A stretch of DNA of 32,000 nucleotides from Bdellovibrionales bacterium (GCA_963692945.1 OY843585.1:630001-662000); one strand, 5' to 3'; positions 8,589-17,120 are shown, counted from the stretch's first letter. Translations and numbers: made by a program. The notes: a model not told the origin generated them from the letters alone.

Positions 8589-9599
8589 TTATTTAGGATG
8601 AGTGATTTTTTGACTATTTATTCTTTTTTTGTAGGAGAAAAACCTTTGTAAAAGATGGAATAGAGCTCCTAAAGAATATGAGAAATGTTGTACGAACCAA
8701 AAAAAAGATAGTAAAAAGGAAAATGGATTTTTATGTTTAAAATAAACATAGACACTACCTAAGAAAAGTATAAATAGGTAAAGGGTAGGTCCTATTAAAA
8801 AAAGAGGTTCAAAGTGGCTTAAAATGCAAGTTGTTAAAAGGAGAGGAAGGAATAAAAGAGTGAGAAAAGATAACAAATTTTTGTATTTAGTTCTTGCTTG
8901 ACCAAACTGAAATAGCCTTTTTAAAGTCTCAAAATAAGATGTTGCGTAGTTGTTTTCAACAATAGGAGTTGGAAGTAAATAAAGTGTTCCAAACTTTTTT
9001 AATCGTAACCCTAGATCTAAGTCTTCTCCAACATTATTGTGATTGCTTTTAGAAAAGTTGCCAGCTTTTAAAATGTGTTCCCTAAGAAAAAGACCATTGG
9101 TTGTAGGTATATGATAAGTAGGAACTGGGTGGGGAGGTATCCAAGATTGAGGAGACCAAGCATGTCCTATAGGGAGACTTAGACTTAAGTTGACCATTTT
9201 TTGCCACCAGTCATTTTCAGGTAATCGATTTGGACCTGCTAAGGCAACCTTATGTTCTAAAAGATGAGACTGCCAATGGTTTAGAAGGTTTTTGAGCCAA
9301 TTTTTAGGGAGGCGGCAATCTCCATCTGTAAAAGCAATTAAAGGGTATTGAGATTTTTTCACAATAAGCGACCTAGATTGTCCTATATTATTAGGTTGAT
9401 TTGTGAAAATTTTTAAAGGGAGTTGATTTAGAAAGGATTGAGCGACATTAAAAGTTTGTTCGCAGTTACTATTTTGAACAATTAAAACTTCCCCTATACT
9501 TTGATAAGCGTTTTGGTTTTTTAAATCAGAGAGTACAGATTGTAGTTCTTCTTTCTCTTTATAGATAACTAAACCCACTGTAACTTTATCAATATTCAT
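8589..9599 (-). CDS. Family 2 glycosyltransferase with C-terminal transmembrane segments
   Basis: 336 aa. The N-terminal GT-A fold starts 'VTVGLVIYKEKEEL'. DxD-type motif 'FTDGDC'; 'GEDLDLGLRL' is typical of GT2. The C-terminal about 100 aa are hydrophobic ('LLSFLTLLFLPLLLTTCIL', 'LYLFILFLGSVYVYF'). Confidence 0.75.
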   Translation of the reverse strand: MNIDKVTVGLVIYKEKEELQSVLSDLKNQNAYQSIGEVLIVQNSNCEQTFNVAQSFLNQLPLKIFTNQPNNIGQSRSLIVKKSQYPLIAFTDGDCRLPKNWLKNLLNHWQSHLLEHKVALAGPNRLPENDWWQKMVNLSLSLPIGHAWSPQSWIPPHPVPTYHIPTTNGLFLREHILKAGNFSKSNHNNVGEDLDLGLRLKKFGTLYLLPTPIVENNYATSYFETLKRLFQFGQARTKYKNLLSFLTLLFLPLLLTTCILSHFEPLFLIGPTLYLFILFLGSVYVYFKHKNPFSFLLSFFWFVQHFSYSLGALFHLLQRFFSYKKRINSQKITHPK

Positions 9600-9713
9600 A
9601 ATTTATGCCTTTATTTTTTTGTATGACAGAAGTATCTTTGAGTCATGAAAAAAATAAATTCATTGTTTTTTTTATTTTTATTTGTTAGATTTTTTTATAT
9701 AGAGGAGTTTGGA

Positions 9714-10157
9714 GTGCGATATTCAAAAATCTACAAAATATTTTTTCTTTCATTATTTTTATTTTCCCATTTAAGTTATGGAATTTACAATTTGAAAACA
9801 AAAAAAGAACTGGATCTCTCAAAGGTATCAGAAAAGCATTGGTTACTTTTGGATCAAAATTGTCATTCTTGTGACTCTGTTCTTTTAGAACTAGAGACTT
9901 TTTGTAAAAAGAAAAAACCTTCTCCTCAGACCATAGGTTTTTTTGTTATTGGTTTTAACCAAGCATCTATAAATAAAAAATTAAAGTCTTTCAAAGCAGG
10001 TTATGAGGTTTATGTAGGTTCTCCGAGTGAATTTTATAATGGATTTCATATTCAAGGTTCTCCTTCTTTATTGCTAAAAGGTAATAAAAAAACAATACAA
10101 GGAAAAGATAAAATAATAAAAAAAGTTGGAAAGATTTCTAATTTTTGTAGCCTTTGA
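9714..10157 (+). CDS. Secreted thioredoxin-fold-like protein with a CxxC motif (hypothetical)
   Basis: The longest ORF starts at ATG 9645. However, GTG 9714 is preceded by the strong SD GAGGAG (9702-9707, 6-nt spacer) and yields a clean signal peptide '(M)RYSKIYKIFFLSLFLFSHLSYG'. 'LLDQNCHSCDSVL' (CxxC) and the later 'GSPSLLL' suggest a thioredoxin-like fold. The start and the function are both uncertain. Confidence 0.4.
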   Translation: MRYSKIYKIFFLSLFLFSHLSYGIYNLKTKKELDLSKVSEKHWLLLDQNCHSCDSVLLELETFCKKKKPSPQTIGFFVIGFNQASINKKLKSFKAGYEVYVGSPSEFYNGFHIQGSPSLLLKGNKKTIQGKDKIIKKVGKISNFCSL

Positions 10158-10200
10158 TTTGTAGTTTCTTCAAAATTTTTTATTAATAAGGAAAAAATTT

Positions 10201-11412
10201 ATGCATTTGATTACAAGTTTACTTATTCTTCTTACAGCCTCTCGTCTTTTAGGTCGTTTGTTTCAGGCTTTAGGTTATTTTGCTATTATAGGTGAGATTT
10301 TAGCTGGATTTATTCTAGGACCTGCTATTTTTGATTTTATCAGACCTTCTCAAAGTCTTACAGGTATCGTTGATCTTGCTATTTTCCTTCTTATATTTGC
10401 AGCAGGGTTAGAAATTGATTTCAAAGACTTTATGAAGTCTCTTAAAAATAGAATGCTCCTTTCCGGTTTTATTGCTTTTATAGGGCCTTTCTCTTGTGGA
10501 TTGTTTTTTGGATTTTATTTTGAGTTGCCATTTATAAGCTCTATTATAATAGGTCTTTGTTTTTCTATTACTTCTATACCTGTTGCTTTAAGTTTTTTAA
10601 GTAACTTAAAAATTAACGGAACTCGTTTAGGTAATGCTGTAATGGGGACTTCTGTTGTTGTAGAGATCATCTGTCTTTTTGTTTTAGGAATATCCTTGGA
10701 TGTAGGAGAATCCTACAGTTTGATAGATTATTTTCAGTTGATTGTGACTAAAGCTTTTTTAATGTGTATATTTTGTTTTATTGTCGTATTGGTTAATAAA
10801 TTTTTGCGATCTGAACTGCATCATATTCAAAGAACACAAAAACTTTTTTCAACTCTTGTGGATGCTCTTGGGGAAGAAGCTATTTTTGGCTTGGGAGTTT
10901 TGTTTGTTTTGCTTTTTAGTACAGCCTCTGAAGCTTTAGGATTTCACTTTGTTATAGGTGCCTTTTTTGGAGGAATGCTTTTAAACAAAGATATTATAGG
11001 AACCAACTTTTTTGATTCTCTTTCTCATACCTTAGAATCTATTACAAAACATTTTTTGACACCTATCTTTTTTGCTTATTTAGGTCTTTTAATTAAAACA
11101 GATTCTTTTGAAAATGTTTTATTTATAGGTGTTTTATTTGGTGTTGGTTATGGAAGTAAAATTTTTAGCTCTTGGATAGGAGCTAAATTTGCTGGATTTA
11201 ATAAAATGGATGCCCTTAAGGTAGGTTTAGTTCTTAATTCTAGAGGGACTTTTGATTTGATAGTGGCTGATCTTGGTTTAGCTAAACAATATATTGATTC
11301 TAAAATCTTTTCTATTTTGGTTTTATTTAGTATTTTATCTATTGTTTTTAATCCTGTTGTTTATAGACGATTACCTTATCGTAAATTAGAAACTATAAAA
11401 GAGGATGAATGA
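10201..11412 (+). CDS. Cation:proton antiporter, CPA2 family (Kef/NapA-like, no KTN domain)
   Basis: 403 aa, polytopic. N-terminal signature 'GEILAGFILGPAIF' (consensus G.i.aGi.lGP). About 11-12 hydrophobic segments. 'VLNSRGTFDLIVA' (consensus n.RG...l+++). Confidence 0.85.
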   Translation: MHLITSLLILLTASRLLGRLFQALGYFAIIGEILAGFILGPAIFDFIRPSQSLTGIVDLAIFLLIFAAGLEIDFKDFMKSLKNRMLLSGFIAFIGPFSCGLFFGFYFELPFISSIIIGLCFSITSIPVALSFLSNLKINGTRLGNAVMGTSVVVEIICLFVLGISLDVGESYSLIDYFQLIVTKAFLMCIFCFIVVLVNKFLRSELHHIQRTQKLFSTLVDALGEEAIFGLGVLFVLLFSTASEALGFHFVIGAFFGGMLLNKDIIGTNFFDSLSHTLESITKHFLTPIFFAYLGLLIKTDSFENVLFIGVLFGVGYGSKIFSSWIGAKFAGFNKMDALKVGLVLNSRGTFDLIVADLGLAKQYIDSKIFSILVLFSILSIVFNPVVYRRLPYRKLETIKEDE

Positions 11413-11425
11413 TAAGAGTGAGTTT

Positions 11426-12055
11426 CTATTCCGTTCCATCTGTTTCGTGAATAATTTTTTTTTCGTGATTGATAGACCATATGTCATTTTTGCCTTGAAT
11501 TTTAGCTGTAGCGATTCCTTTAAATTCACTTTCAGTTGCTTCAAAACTGGAGTAACTTGTTCCTTTTTCTGTGGTACCACTCCCACCAATAGTTGAGATA
11601 GAATAATCTCCAGTTACACTGCAACGAAAGTATTTACGGTCAAAATAAACAGGCACTCTATCTGCACAAGATCCATCACAAATTTGTTTCCAATTTGTAC
11701 ATTCTTTATGAGTTAATACAGAGTGATCAGGCCAATCCTCAAGTCTTCCATCTGTAATACTCAAAGGGCTTTCAGGGTGAAAGCCTAGATCATAGAAGAA
11801 TTCTTCTTCAGGAATAACTCCTAGAATTGCGAGGTTTTCATGGTAAGTGCCCCATTCTAGTTTGAATTGTTTTTCTCCTTTATACAAACTACTGAGCGAA
11901 TGTTTTGCTTCTGCCGTACGAGCCTTATTGATTTGAGACATATAAGACCTGATACCAATGGTTGATATAATACCAATGATTGATACAGTGGTTAGAAGTT
12001 CTATTAAACTAAAACCCATGCTATTTTTTAAGGATTGTTTTTTTAAAATACCCAT
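11426..12055 (-). CDS. Type IV pilin / pseudopilin (prepilin-type N-terminal cleavage/methylation domain)
   Basis: 209 aa. Class III signal 'MGILKKQSLKNSMG|FSLIELLTTVSIIGIISTIGI' (G-F-S/T-L-I-E with Glu at +5). The C-terminal region contains 5 Cys ('KECTNWKQICDGSCADR...FRCS'). Confidence 0.8.
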   Translation of the reverse strand: MGILKKQSLKNSMGFSLIELLTTVSIIGIISTIGIRSYMSQINKARTAEAKHSLSSLYKGEKQFKLEWGTYHENLAILGVIPEEEFFYDLGFHPESPLSITDGRLEDWPDHSVLTHKECTNWKQICDGSCADRVPVYFDRKYFRCSVTGDYSISTIGGSGTTEKGTSYSSFEATESEFKGIATAKIQGKNDIWSINHEKKIIHETDGTE

Positions 12056-12200
12056 TATTCATTATTTTACAGAAAAGTAAAAAAATACGCAAACTATTGG
12101 AGAATTGAATGAAACTATAGATTATTTTTTATAATTTAGAAATTCTCATGGTTTTACCATCCATAATTTAATATATTTTATGAGAAAGTTGGGAAAGTGA

Positions 12201-12863
12201 ATGAAATTATGGATGTTATTTTCTTATATAGGGATAACTATGGTTTCAAAACCAGTTCTTTCTAAATTAGAAAAGCCTATTTATTTTGCTCCTCCAAAGC
12301 TTATAATGCATTTTTCTTTTGGTTTTTCAGAGATTTATGCAGATTTATTATGGTTAAGACTTATTCAAGATATTGATTTTTGCAATACAGAAAAGGGTAT
12401 TCCTATTTATGATGGTCAAAGAAAATACCAATGTGAAAAAGGTTGGTCTTATAAAATGGTGGATGCTTTGACAGAACTTGCTCCTAGATTTTTGAAACCT
12501 TATGAAGTAGGTGGTTCTATTATGAGTGTTATTATGGGAGATAAAGAAGGGGCTAAGAGGATTTATGATAAGGGAGTAAAGAGATTTCCTAAAGAGTGGA
12601 GACTGCACTTTAGTGCAGGTTATCATTATCTTGTAGAGTTGAAAGATAAAAAAAGAGCAGCTGAATTGCTTATAAAATCAGCAGATCATGGAGGGCCTCA
12701 ATGGCTTTATGGTCTTGCTGCTCAACAGTATGGTGCCATGGGTGAATACTTTTTAGCTAAAAAAGTTTTACAAGATTTTTTGAAGAGAGACAAAGGAGGG
12801 GAGTATAGGAAAACTATTCTAAGGCGGTTAGAACAGTTAGAGAAAAAACTACAGTCCTTATAA
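12201..12863 (+). CDS. Hypothetical protein, helical/TPR-like
   Basis: 220 aa, SD-like GGGAAAG upstream. Helical-repeat-like composition ('AKRIYDKGVKRFPKEWRLHFSAGYHYLVELKDKKRAAELL'). No catalytic motif recognised. Confidence 0.4.
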   Translation: MKLWMLFSYIGITMVSKPVLSKLEKPIYFAPPKLIMHFSFGFSEIYADLLWLRLIQDIDFCNTEKGIPIYDGQRKYQCEKGWSYKMVDALTELAPRFLKPYEVGGSIMSVIMGDKEGAKRIYDKGVKRFPKEWRLHFSAGYHYLVELKDKKRAAELLIKSADHGGPQWLYGLAAQQYGAMGEYFLAKKVLQDFLKRDKGGEYRKTILRRLEQLEKKLQSL

Positions 12864-13643
12864 TTGTGTTGTTAAATAAACTTCACCATGAAGTTGAGGT
12901 TTGCTTTCTCTAAATCGGTTTTCCCATTTCCAAACATATCCTAGTGAGATAGAGAAATAGACGTTGGCTTTATAATTAGCTATCAGTTCAAAAATTCCTC
13001 CAACATAAGTGTTAAGAAGATAATGATCATCTCCTTCAGAGGATGTCTTATCATTAAAAGAAACAAAAGAGACACCTGTAAAAGGAGCCCAACGGCTTAA
13101 GGCAAAAGGAATATAAATAGGGTATAAAGATTGATTTAAAACTTTTTGAATGTTGAAATGGATTTGATTAAAATTTTGTACAGTTTGCTTGAAGCTATGG
13201 AAATTAAAAAGGAAACTTTCAGTTTCATTATTAAAAATTCTTCTCGCCTTTCTATTCCATAAACCTCTTCTGATAGATCCCATTGTAGAGAAAAAGAATT
13301 CTTTTCCGAGATTCTGACTAAAAAGAAAATGAGACCCACCGGTTAAGTAAGTTTTGTAATTGGATGTATCTTTTTGAATATGGATAACATCATAGTTTGT
13401 TCTTAAGTTTATTTTCTGGTGTGAAGAAAAAGCTTGAAAGTATCTTTTATCATAACTTAAATTTAAACTTCCATAGTGATTTAGGTAATGGACCCATTTT
13501 TTATTAGAATGAAATTGTTTTTGACCTAAAGTGACTCTTTTTACAAATGAAAAGTGCAATCGGTTTGTTTTATAAATAGGGTATCTTAGTTTAAATTGAA
13601 CTGTTCTGTCTTGATAAGGTATCTTTTTTCGTTGAACATTCAT
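12858..13643 (-). CDS. Hypothetical beta-strand-rich protein (possible outer-membrane barrel), no signal peptide
   Basis: 261 aa, rich in aromatic and alternating residues ('YVGGIFELIANYKANVYFSISLGYVWKW'). The N-terminus 'MNVQRKKIPYQDRTVQFKL' is not signal-like. The ATG lies 2 nt after the stop of the upstream 684-aa gene. Confidence 0.4.
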   Translation of the reverse strand: MNVQRKKIPYQDRTVQFKLRYPIYKTNRLHFSFVKRVTLGQKQFHSNKKWVHYLNHYGSLNLSYDKRYFQAFSSHQKINLRTNYDVIHIQKDTSNYKTYLTGGSHFLFSQNLGKEFFFSTMGSIRRGLWNRKARRIFNNETESFLFNFHSFKQTVQNFNQIHFNIQKVLNQSLYPIYIPFALSRWAPFTGVSFVSFNDKTSSEGDDHYLLNTYVGGIFELIANYKANVYFSISLGYVWKWENRFRESKPQLHGEVYLTTQL

Positions 13644-13645
13644 GT

Positions 13646-15700
13646 CTAGAGATTGACCAAGAGGCCACTTTTCATAGAGGTCTTTTCTTTTAAAAAATGA
13701 AGATACTTTAGTGTATTTATAGTTTCTGTACCATATTTCAGGGAAAGTATTCCTTTTTGATAAGAGGGTGTGATTTGAAAAAAGAATCTATATTTTTGAT
13801 TAGAATAAGACGCGGAAAATCGTTTTGAAAATTCGTGTTTAGAGGCATTTAAGGTGAAACTATTATAATTTAAGGGATCTGTAAAAGTAAGATTTGTCGT
13901 TAGGAGTAGATTTTTAGAAAAGCCTATTGAAAAGAATGGGTTTGAAAGTCTCAAACTCTTAAGATAAGAATAAGAACTTGGTGAGTGATCTTCTCTCTTT
14001 ATGTTTTGCATGTTTATTTTTTTCTTTTTAAAAGCATATTTATAGAGATAAGGTTTTTCTTTTTTTCGGATGACTTTTATAATTTTATATTCATAATTTT
14101 TAGAAGTGATTTCTGATACTAAGAAATGGGTATGGTTCACTTTACGAGCCGCTATGATAGTATCTGATTTTGAAAGACGAAAGACCTCTCCTTTTGAATA
14201 AAGAAATAAACTAGAACCATATCGTGTGGCTGCAATGAAATACATGCCTTTTTTATCCGCTTCTACTGGAAAGCCATAGTAACCTTTATAACTCCAGATG
14301 GGAGTTTTGTTTTTGTAAAGGATTCTCTTTGGACCTTCATTTTTAAAATAATAAATATTTTCAGTTTGATCCATAATGGCTGAAGAATGAGTGTTGTCAT
14401 AAAATTTACCATTTACAAGAAGTCTTATTTGATCTAAAGATTGTTTTGTATCTAGACTCAACACCTTACCTTGAGAGATGTCCATCACATACTGAGACAG
14501 ATATTTTTTTACAGGTTTGTAACCTTCCTTAAAAAGAGTAAATTTTTCTGTTGTTGTACTTGTTTGACCTCTATTTGCTGAATGATAAATGTTATCTATT
14601 AAGAAAAGTTTCCCTAAAGGTAGATCTTTTTTAGTGAGTGATATGTTTTGAGTTTTTTTATCTAAAACAACTACAGAAGGAGGGGATTTAAGATTAGTGA
14701 TAAGAAAAAAAATACTTTTATCATTACTATTTAAAGAGGAAAAAGATTCACTAGTCACTAAAGCTTTTTCTTTGGAAGTTTTTTGTTGGATGGCTTGTGG
14801 TCTATAATCCTTTTTATAGTTTTCTATGGCAGAATAAAAATCCATGTTTAAAGATTTTTTAAAAGAACGATTTATGGTGTAGGTTCCTATATTAAAATAG
14901 ATGTTTTGACTATTAAGATAAAACAATTTGTTTAATTCTGTGAGAGGATATTTGGAATAAAGATAAGAATAAAAATAGCCACCATGGATGTATTTTTCTA
15001 AGCTGGAAAAAGAGTCATTGTATTTGTTAATAAGTCTTCTTAAACTGAGCCCTGATTTAATTTGGGCAAAAACAAGGGCTCTCATCCAACCACTAAATAG
15101 TCTTCCACCAGAACCGTAAATGGATTCGTGAAGGACAGCATTTCCTTCTAAGATAAGATTGTGTAAAAAAATATTTGGATAGATAAACCAAGAGGTAGGA
15201 GGAAAAAGATAAGAGAGCCAATAAGAGTGTTTGGTTTGTGAATTGATTTGATATAAATGTGTCATTTCATGTATTAAACTATCTAAACTCCAATGGAATA
15301 TAGAAGAGGAATCCATAACTGTAGCGGGTGAGGAATAGATAAAAATAGAAGGTAAGGGATAGATAGATGTTACTCCATTAGAGATTTGCTTTCTAGGTGA
15401 GACAAATACAATGGAGTTTTTTCTATAATAAGTTGATAGAGGAAAAACATGTTCAAGTTCTTTGTTTAAAGATTGGATGTATTGATGGAGCATTAGAGAA
15501 TACTCTTTGTAATCTTCGTTGAAAATCAATTCTAATTTGTCCGTGACTTTTTGTTTGAAATAAGGGGTATCAGATAGAGGCAATCGGCCAAAACAATGAA
15601 AGGATGGGACAATAAAAAAAAGGAGAAATTTAAAGAGGGATGTTTTTGATATTTTCACTAATATTAATGTTTTCTTTTTTTGCCAAATAGAGAGTAGCAA
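13646..15700 (-). CDS. Secreted peptidase-MA-like (gluzincin-type HExxH...E) protein with a large beta-rich C-terminal region
   Basis: 684 aa. 'LIHEMTHLYQ' (HExxH) is followed about 35 aa later by 'LILEGNAVLHES' (E-G-x-A, as in peptidase_MA_2-type proteins). Signal-like 'KISKTSLFKFLLFFIVPSFHCFG'. The TTG start at 15700 is preceded by AGGAG (6-nt spacer); GTG 15658 is an alternative. Both lie inside the 3' end of the upstream symporter gene. Confidence 0.5.
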   Translation of the reverse strand: MLLSIWQKKKTLILVKISKTSLFKFLLFFIVPSFHCFGRLPLSDTPYFKQKVTDKLELIFNEDYKEYSLMLHQYIQSLNKELEHVFPLSTYYRKNSIVFVSPRKQISNGVTSIYPLPSIFIYSSPATVMDSSSIFHWSLDSLIHEMTHLYQINSQTKHSYWLSYLFPPTSWFIYPNIFLHNLILEGNAVLHESIYGSGGRLFSGWMRALVFAQIKSGLSLRRLINKYNDSFSSLEKYIHGGYFYSYLYSKYPLTELNKLFYLNSQNIYFNIGTYTINRSFKKSLNMDFYSAIENYKKDYRPQAIQQKTSKEKALVTSESFSSLNSNDKSIFFLITNLKSPPSVVVLDKKTQNISLTKKDLPLGKLFLIDNIYHSANRGQTSTTTEKFTLFKEGYKPVKKYLSQYVMDISQGKVLSLDTKQSLDQIRLLVNGKFYDNTHSSAIMDQTENIYYFKNEGPKRILYKNKTPIWSYKGYYGFPVEADKKGMYFIAATRYGSSLFLYSKGEVFRLSKSDTIIAARKVNHTHFLVSEITSKNYEYKIIKVIRKKEKPYLYKYAFKKKKINMQNIKREDHSPSSYSYLKSLRLSNPFFSIGFSKNLLLTTNLTFTDPLNYNSFTLNASKHEFSKRFSASYSNQKYRFFFQITPSYQKGILSLKYGTETINTLKYLHFLKEKTSMKSGLLVNL

Positions 15701-16943
15701 TGGAATCTCCTGTTACATTGACAGTTGTCCTTCCCATATCTAAAAGACGATCCACGCCTAAAATAACAGCAATACCTTCAGGAGGAATGCCTAAAATAAC
15801 AATGGCAGACATTAAAATAGGAAGTGATCCACCAGGCACTCCAGCAATACCTACAGAGGTAATGAATACAACAGCTATAAGAAGTAAATAATTGGTAAGG
15901 GTAAGGTCAATCCCAAAAATTTGTGCTATAAAAATAGTTGCTGCAACTTCAAACAGAGCGGTTCCATCCATATTTACAACAGTTCCAATAGGCACACTAA
16001 AATTGACAATACTTCTAGGAACACCAAATTTCTTCTCCAAAGTATTCATGGTAACGGGCATTGTAGCACTACTGGAACTTGTGCTAAAAGCAGTTGTAAA
16101 AATAGGAATCATTCTTTTATAGAATTCCCTTATAGGGATGCGAATTAAAAATTTTAAGAAAGCACTATATGTTATAAGTAGATGAGATAACATTCCTAGT
16201 ATCATTACTATAATATAAAAGAGCATGCTTTTCATGAGTTCCAATCCAAATTCAGAAACAGCAATGGCTAAAAGAGAAGCGACGGCGTAAGGAGCGAGTT
16301 TCATAATCCATCCAATGATGAAAATAGAGATATCAGATAAGGTGGACATAAATTCAATGAAAGAATTTTTTGAAGAGCTTGAGGGGAGATAAAGGAGAGC
16401 AAGTCCAAAAAGTAGAGAAACGAATATGACAGCTAACATATTGTTTTCTCCAAATTGCTCAATAATATTTCTAGGGATAATTTTTGTAACAATGCCTGGC
16501 CAAAGAGAATCTCCTACCATGGAACTTTTTTCTTTCATGGAAGACATTTTATCTTGCATAGTTAAGGCTATTTCCTGAGCCGTTTCTTGTTTTACATTTT
16601 TACCTGGATTTAATGAAATCATGAAAAATTGGCCTATAACAATGGCAATAATGGTGCTACAAGCGTAAAAGGAGAAAAGCCTCCTACTAAGCCGTCCTAT
16701 GCTTTTTGGGTTTCCTAAATCAGAAATTCCAACAATTAAAGAGCTAAAAACAAGAGGGACAATGATCATAAAAAGGGCTTGTAAGAAAGCATTTCCTATA
16801 GGGTAGAAAACATTGTTAGTGATGGTTTCTGCAATAGGACCAAATAAACTATGGGGTTTTAGGTGATTAAAAAGAAGGCCAATAAGAGAACCGACTATAA
16901 AGCCAATAAAAATTCCATAACTATTTACACTTTGCTTTGACAT
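15630..16943 (-). CDS. Dicarboxylate/amino acid:cation (Na+/H+) symporter, DAACS family (GltP/GltT/DctA-like)
   Basis: 437 aa, polytopic. Family signatures 'AFSTSSSSATMPVTM' (consensus SSSaaTLP), 'VNMDGTALFE' (consensus N.DGtal.e) and 'GIAGVPGGS'. Confidence 0.9.
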   Translation of the reverse strand: MSKQSVNSYGIFIGFIVGSLIGLLFNHLKPHSLFGPIAETITNNVFYPIGNAFLQALFMIIVPLVFSSLIVGISDLGNPKSIGRLSRRLFSFYACSTIIAIVIGQFFMISLNPGKNVKQETAQEIALTMQDKMSSMKEKSSMVGDSLWPGIVTKIIPRNIIEQFGENNMLAVIFVSLLFGLALLYLPSSSSKNSFIEFMSTLSDISIFIIGWIMKLAPYAVASLLAIAVSEFGLELMKSMLFYIIVMILGMLSHLLITYSAFLKFLIRIPIREFYKRMIPIFTTAFSTSSSSATMPVTMNTLEKKFGVPRSIVNFSVPIGTVVNMDGTALFEVAATIFIAQIFGIDLTLTNYLLLIAVVFITSVGIAGVPGGSLPILMSAIVILGIPPEGIAVILGVDRLLDMGRTTVNVTGDSIATLYLAKKENINISENIKNIPL

Positions 16944-16950
16944 AACTACT

Positions 16951-16970
16951 TCTTGGATTATTCAATAAAC
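16951..16970. promoter_or_regulatory. Copy A of a duplicated about 19-bp element with palindromic core TTATT-C-AATAA (putative operator)
   Basis: TCTTGGATTATTCAATAAAC lies 8 nt from the symporter start codon (16941-16943, minus strand). It matches 17093-17110 except for one extra G and the terminal bases. Confidence 0.4.
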
Positions 16971-16985
16971 TAGAAAAATTTTCAA
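16957..16985 (-). promoter_or_regulatory. Candidate sigma70-type promoter for the symporter gene
   Basis: The minus strand reads TTGAAA-N17-AATAAT, with the -10 overlapping the palindromic element. This would give a very short leader, so it is speculative. Confidence 0.25.
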
Positions 16986-17063
16986 ATCTTTATTTAAGAG
17001 TTTTATTTTGTGGTGAAAAAAATCTTCTATAACTCACTATACAATGGAAAAAGGACACCAAAT

Positions 17064-17092
17064 TTGACAAATAAAGCAAATTTATGTAAAGT
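17064..17092 (+). promoter_or_regulatory. Candidate sigma70-type promoter for the 17121 gene
   Basis: TTGACA (17064-17069), 17-nt spacer, TAAAGT (17087-17092). It is followed by element copy B, then the SD AGGAG (17110-17114) and the TTG start at 17121. Confidence 0.45.
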
Positions 17093-17110
17093 CTTGATTA
17101 TTCAATAACA
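17093..17110. promoter_or_regulatory. Copy B of the duplicated palindromic element (putative operator over the TSS/5' UTR)
   Basis: TCTTGATTATTCAATAAC sits immediately downstream of the -10 candidate and upstream of the SD of the 17121 gene. The core GATTATTCAATAA is identical to 16956-16968. Confidence 0.4.
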
Positions 17111-17120
17111 GGAGTAGAAT

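Noticed and set aside
11386-11596. Two short ORFs (67 aa on the minus strand, 63 aa on the plus strand) overlapping the pilin 3' region and the antiporter end
   Set aside because: Both overlap well-supported genes (the pilin and the CPA2 antiporter), and their translations are not protein-like.
12354-12626. 90-aa antisense ORF inside the 12201-12863 gene
   Set aside because: It is embedded antisense, has no SD and shows skewed composition. AT-rich genomes produce such shadow ORFs.
13136-13339. 67-aa ORF in another frame of the 261-aa gene
   Set aside because: It is a same-strand alternative-frame shadow ORF with no independent start signals.
15700-16148. Three plus-strand ORFs (63, 76 and 75 aa) antisense to the DAACS symporter
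   Set aside because: They are antisense to a gene with unambiguous family signatures, and they have unusual amino-acid composition and no RBS.
17032-17041. ACTCACTATA, a 10-nt match to the core of T7-class phage promoters
   Set aside because: The upstream specificity region (TAATACG) does not match, there is no phage RNA polymerase or phage genes nearby, and a chance match is plausible in AT-rich DNA.
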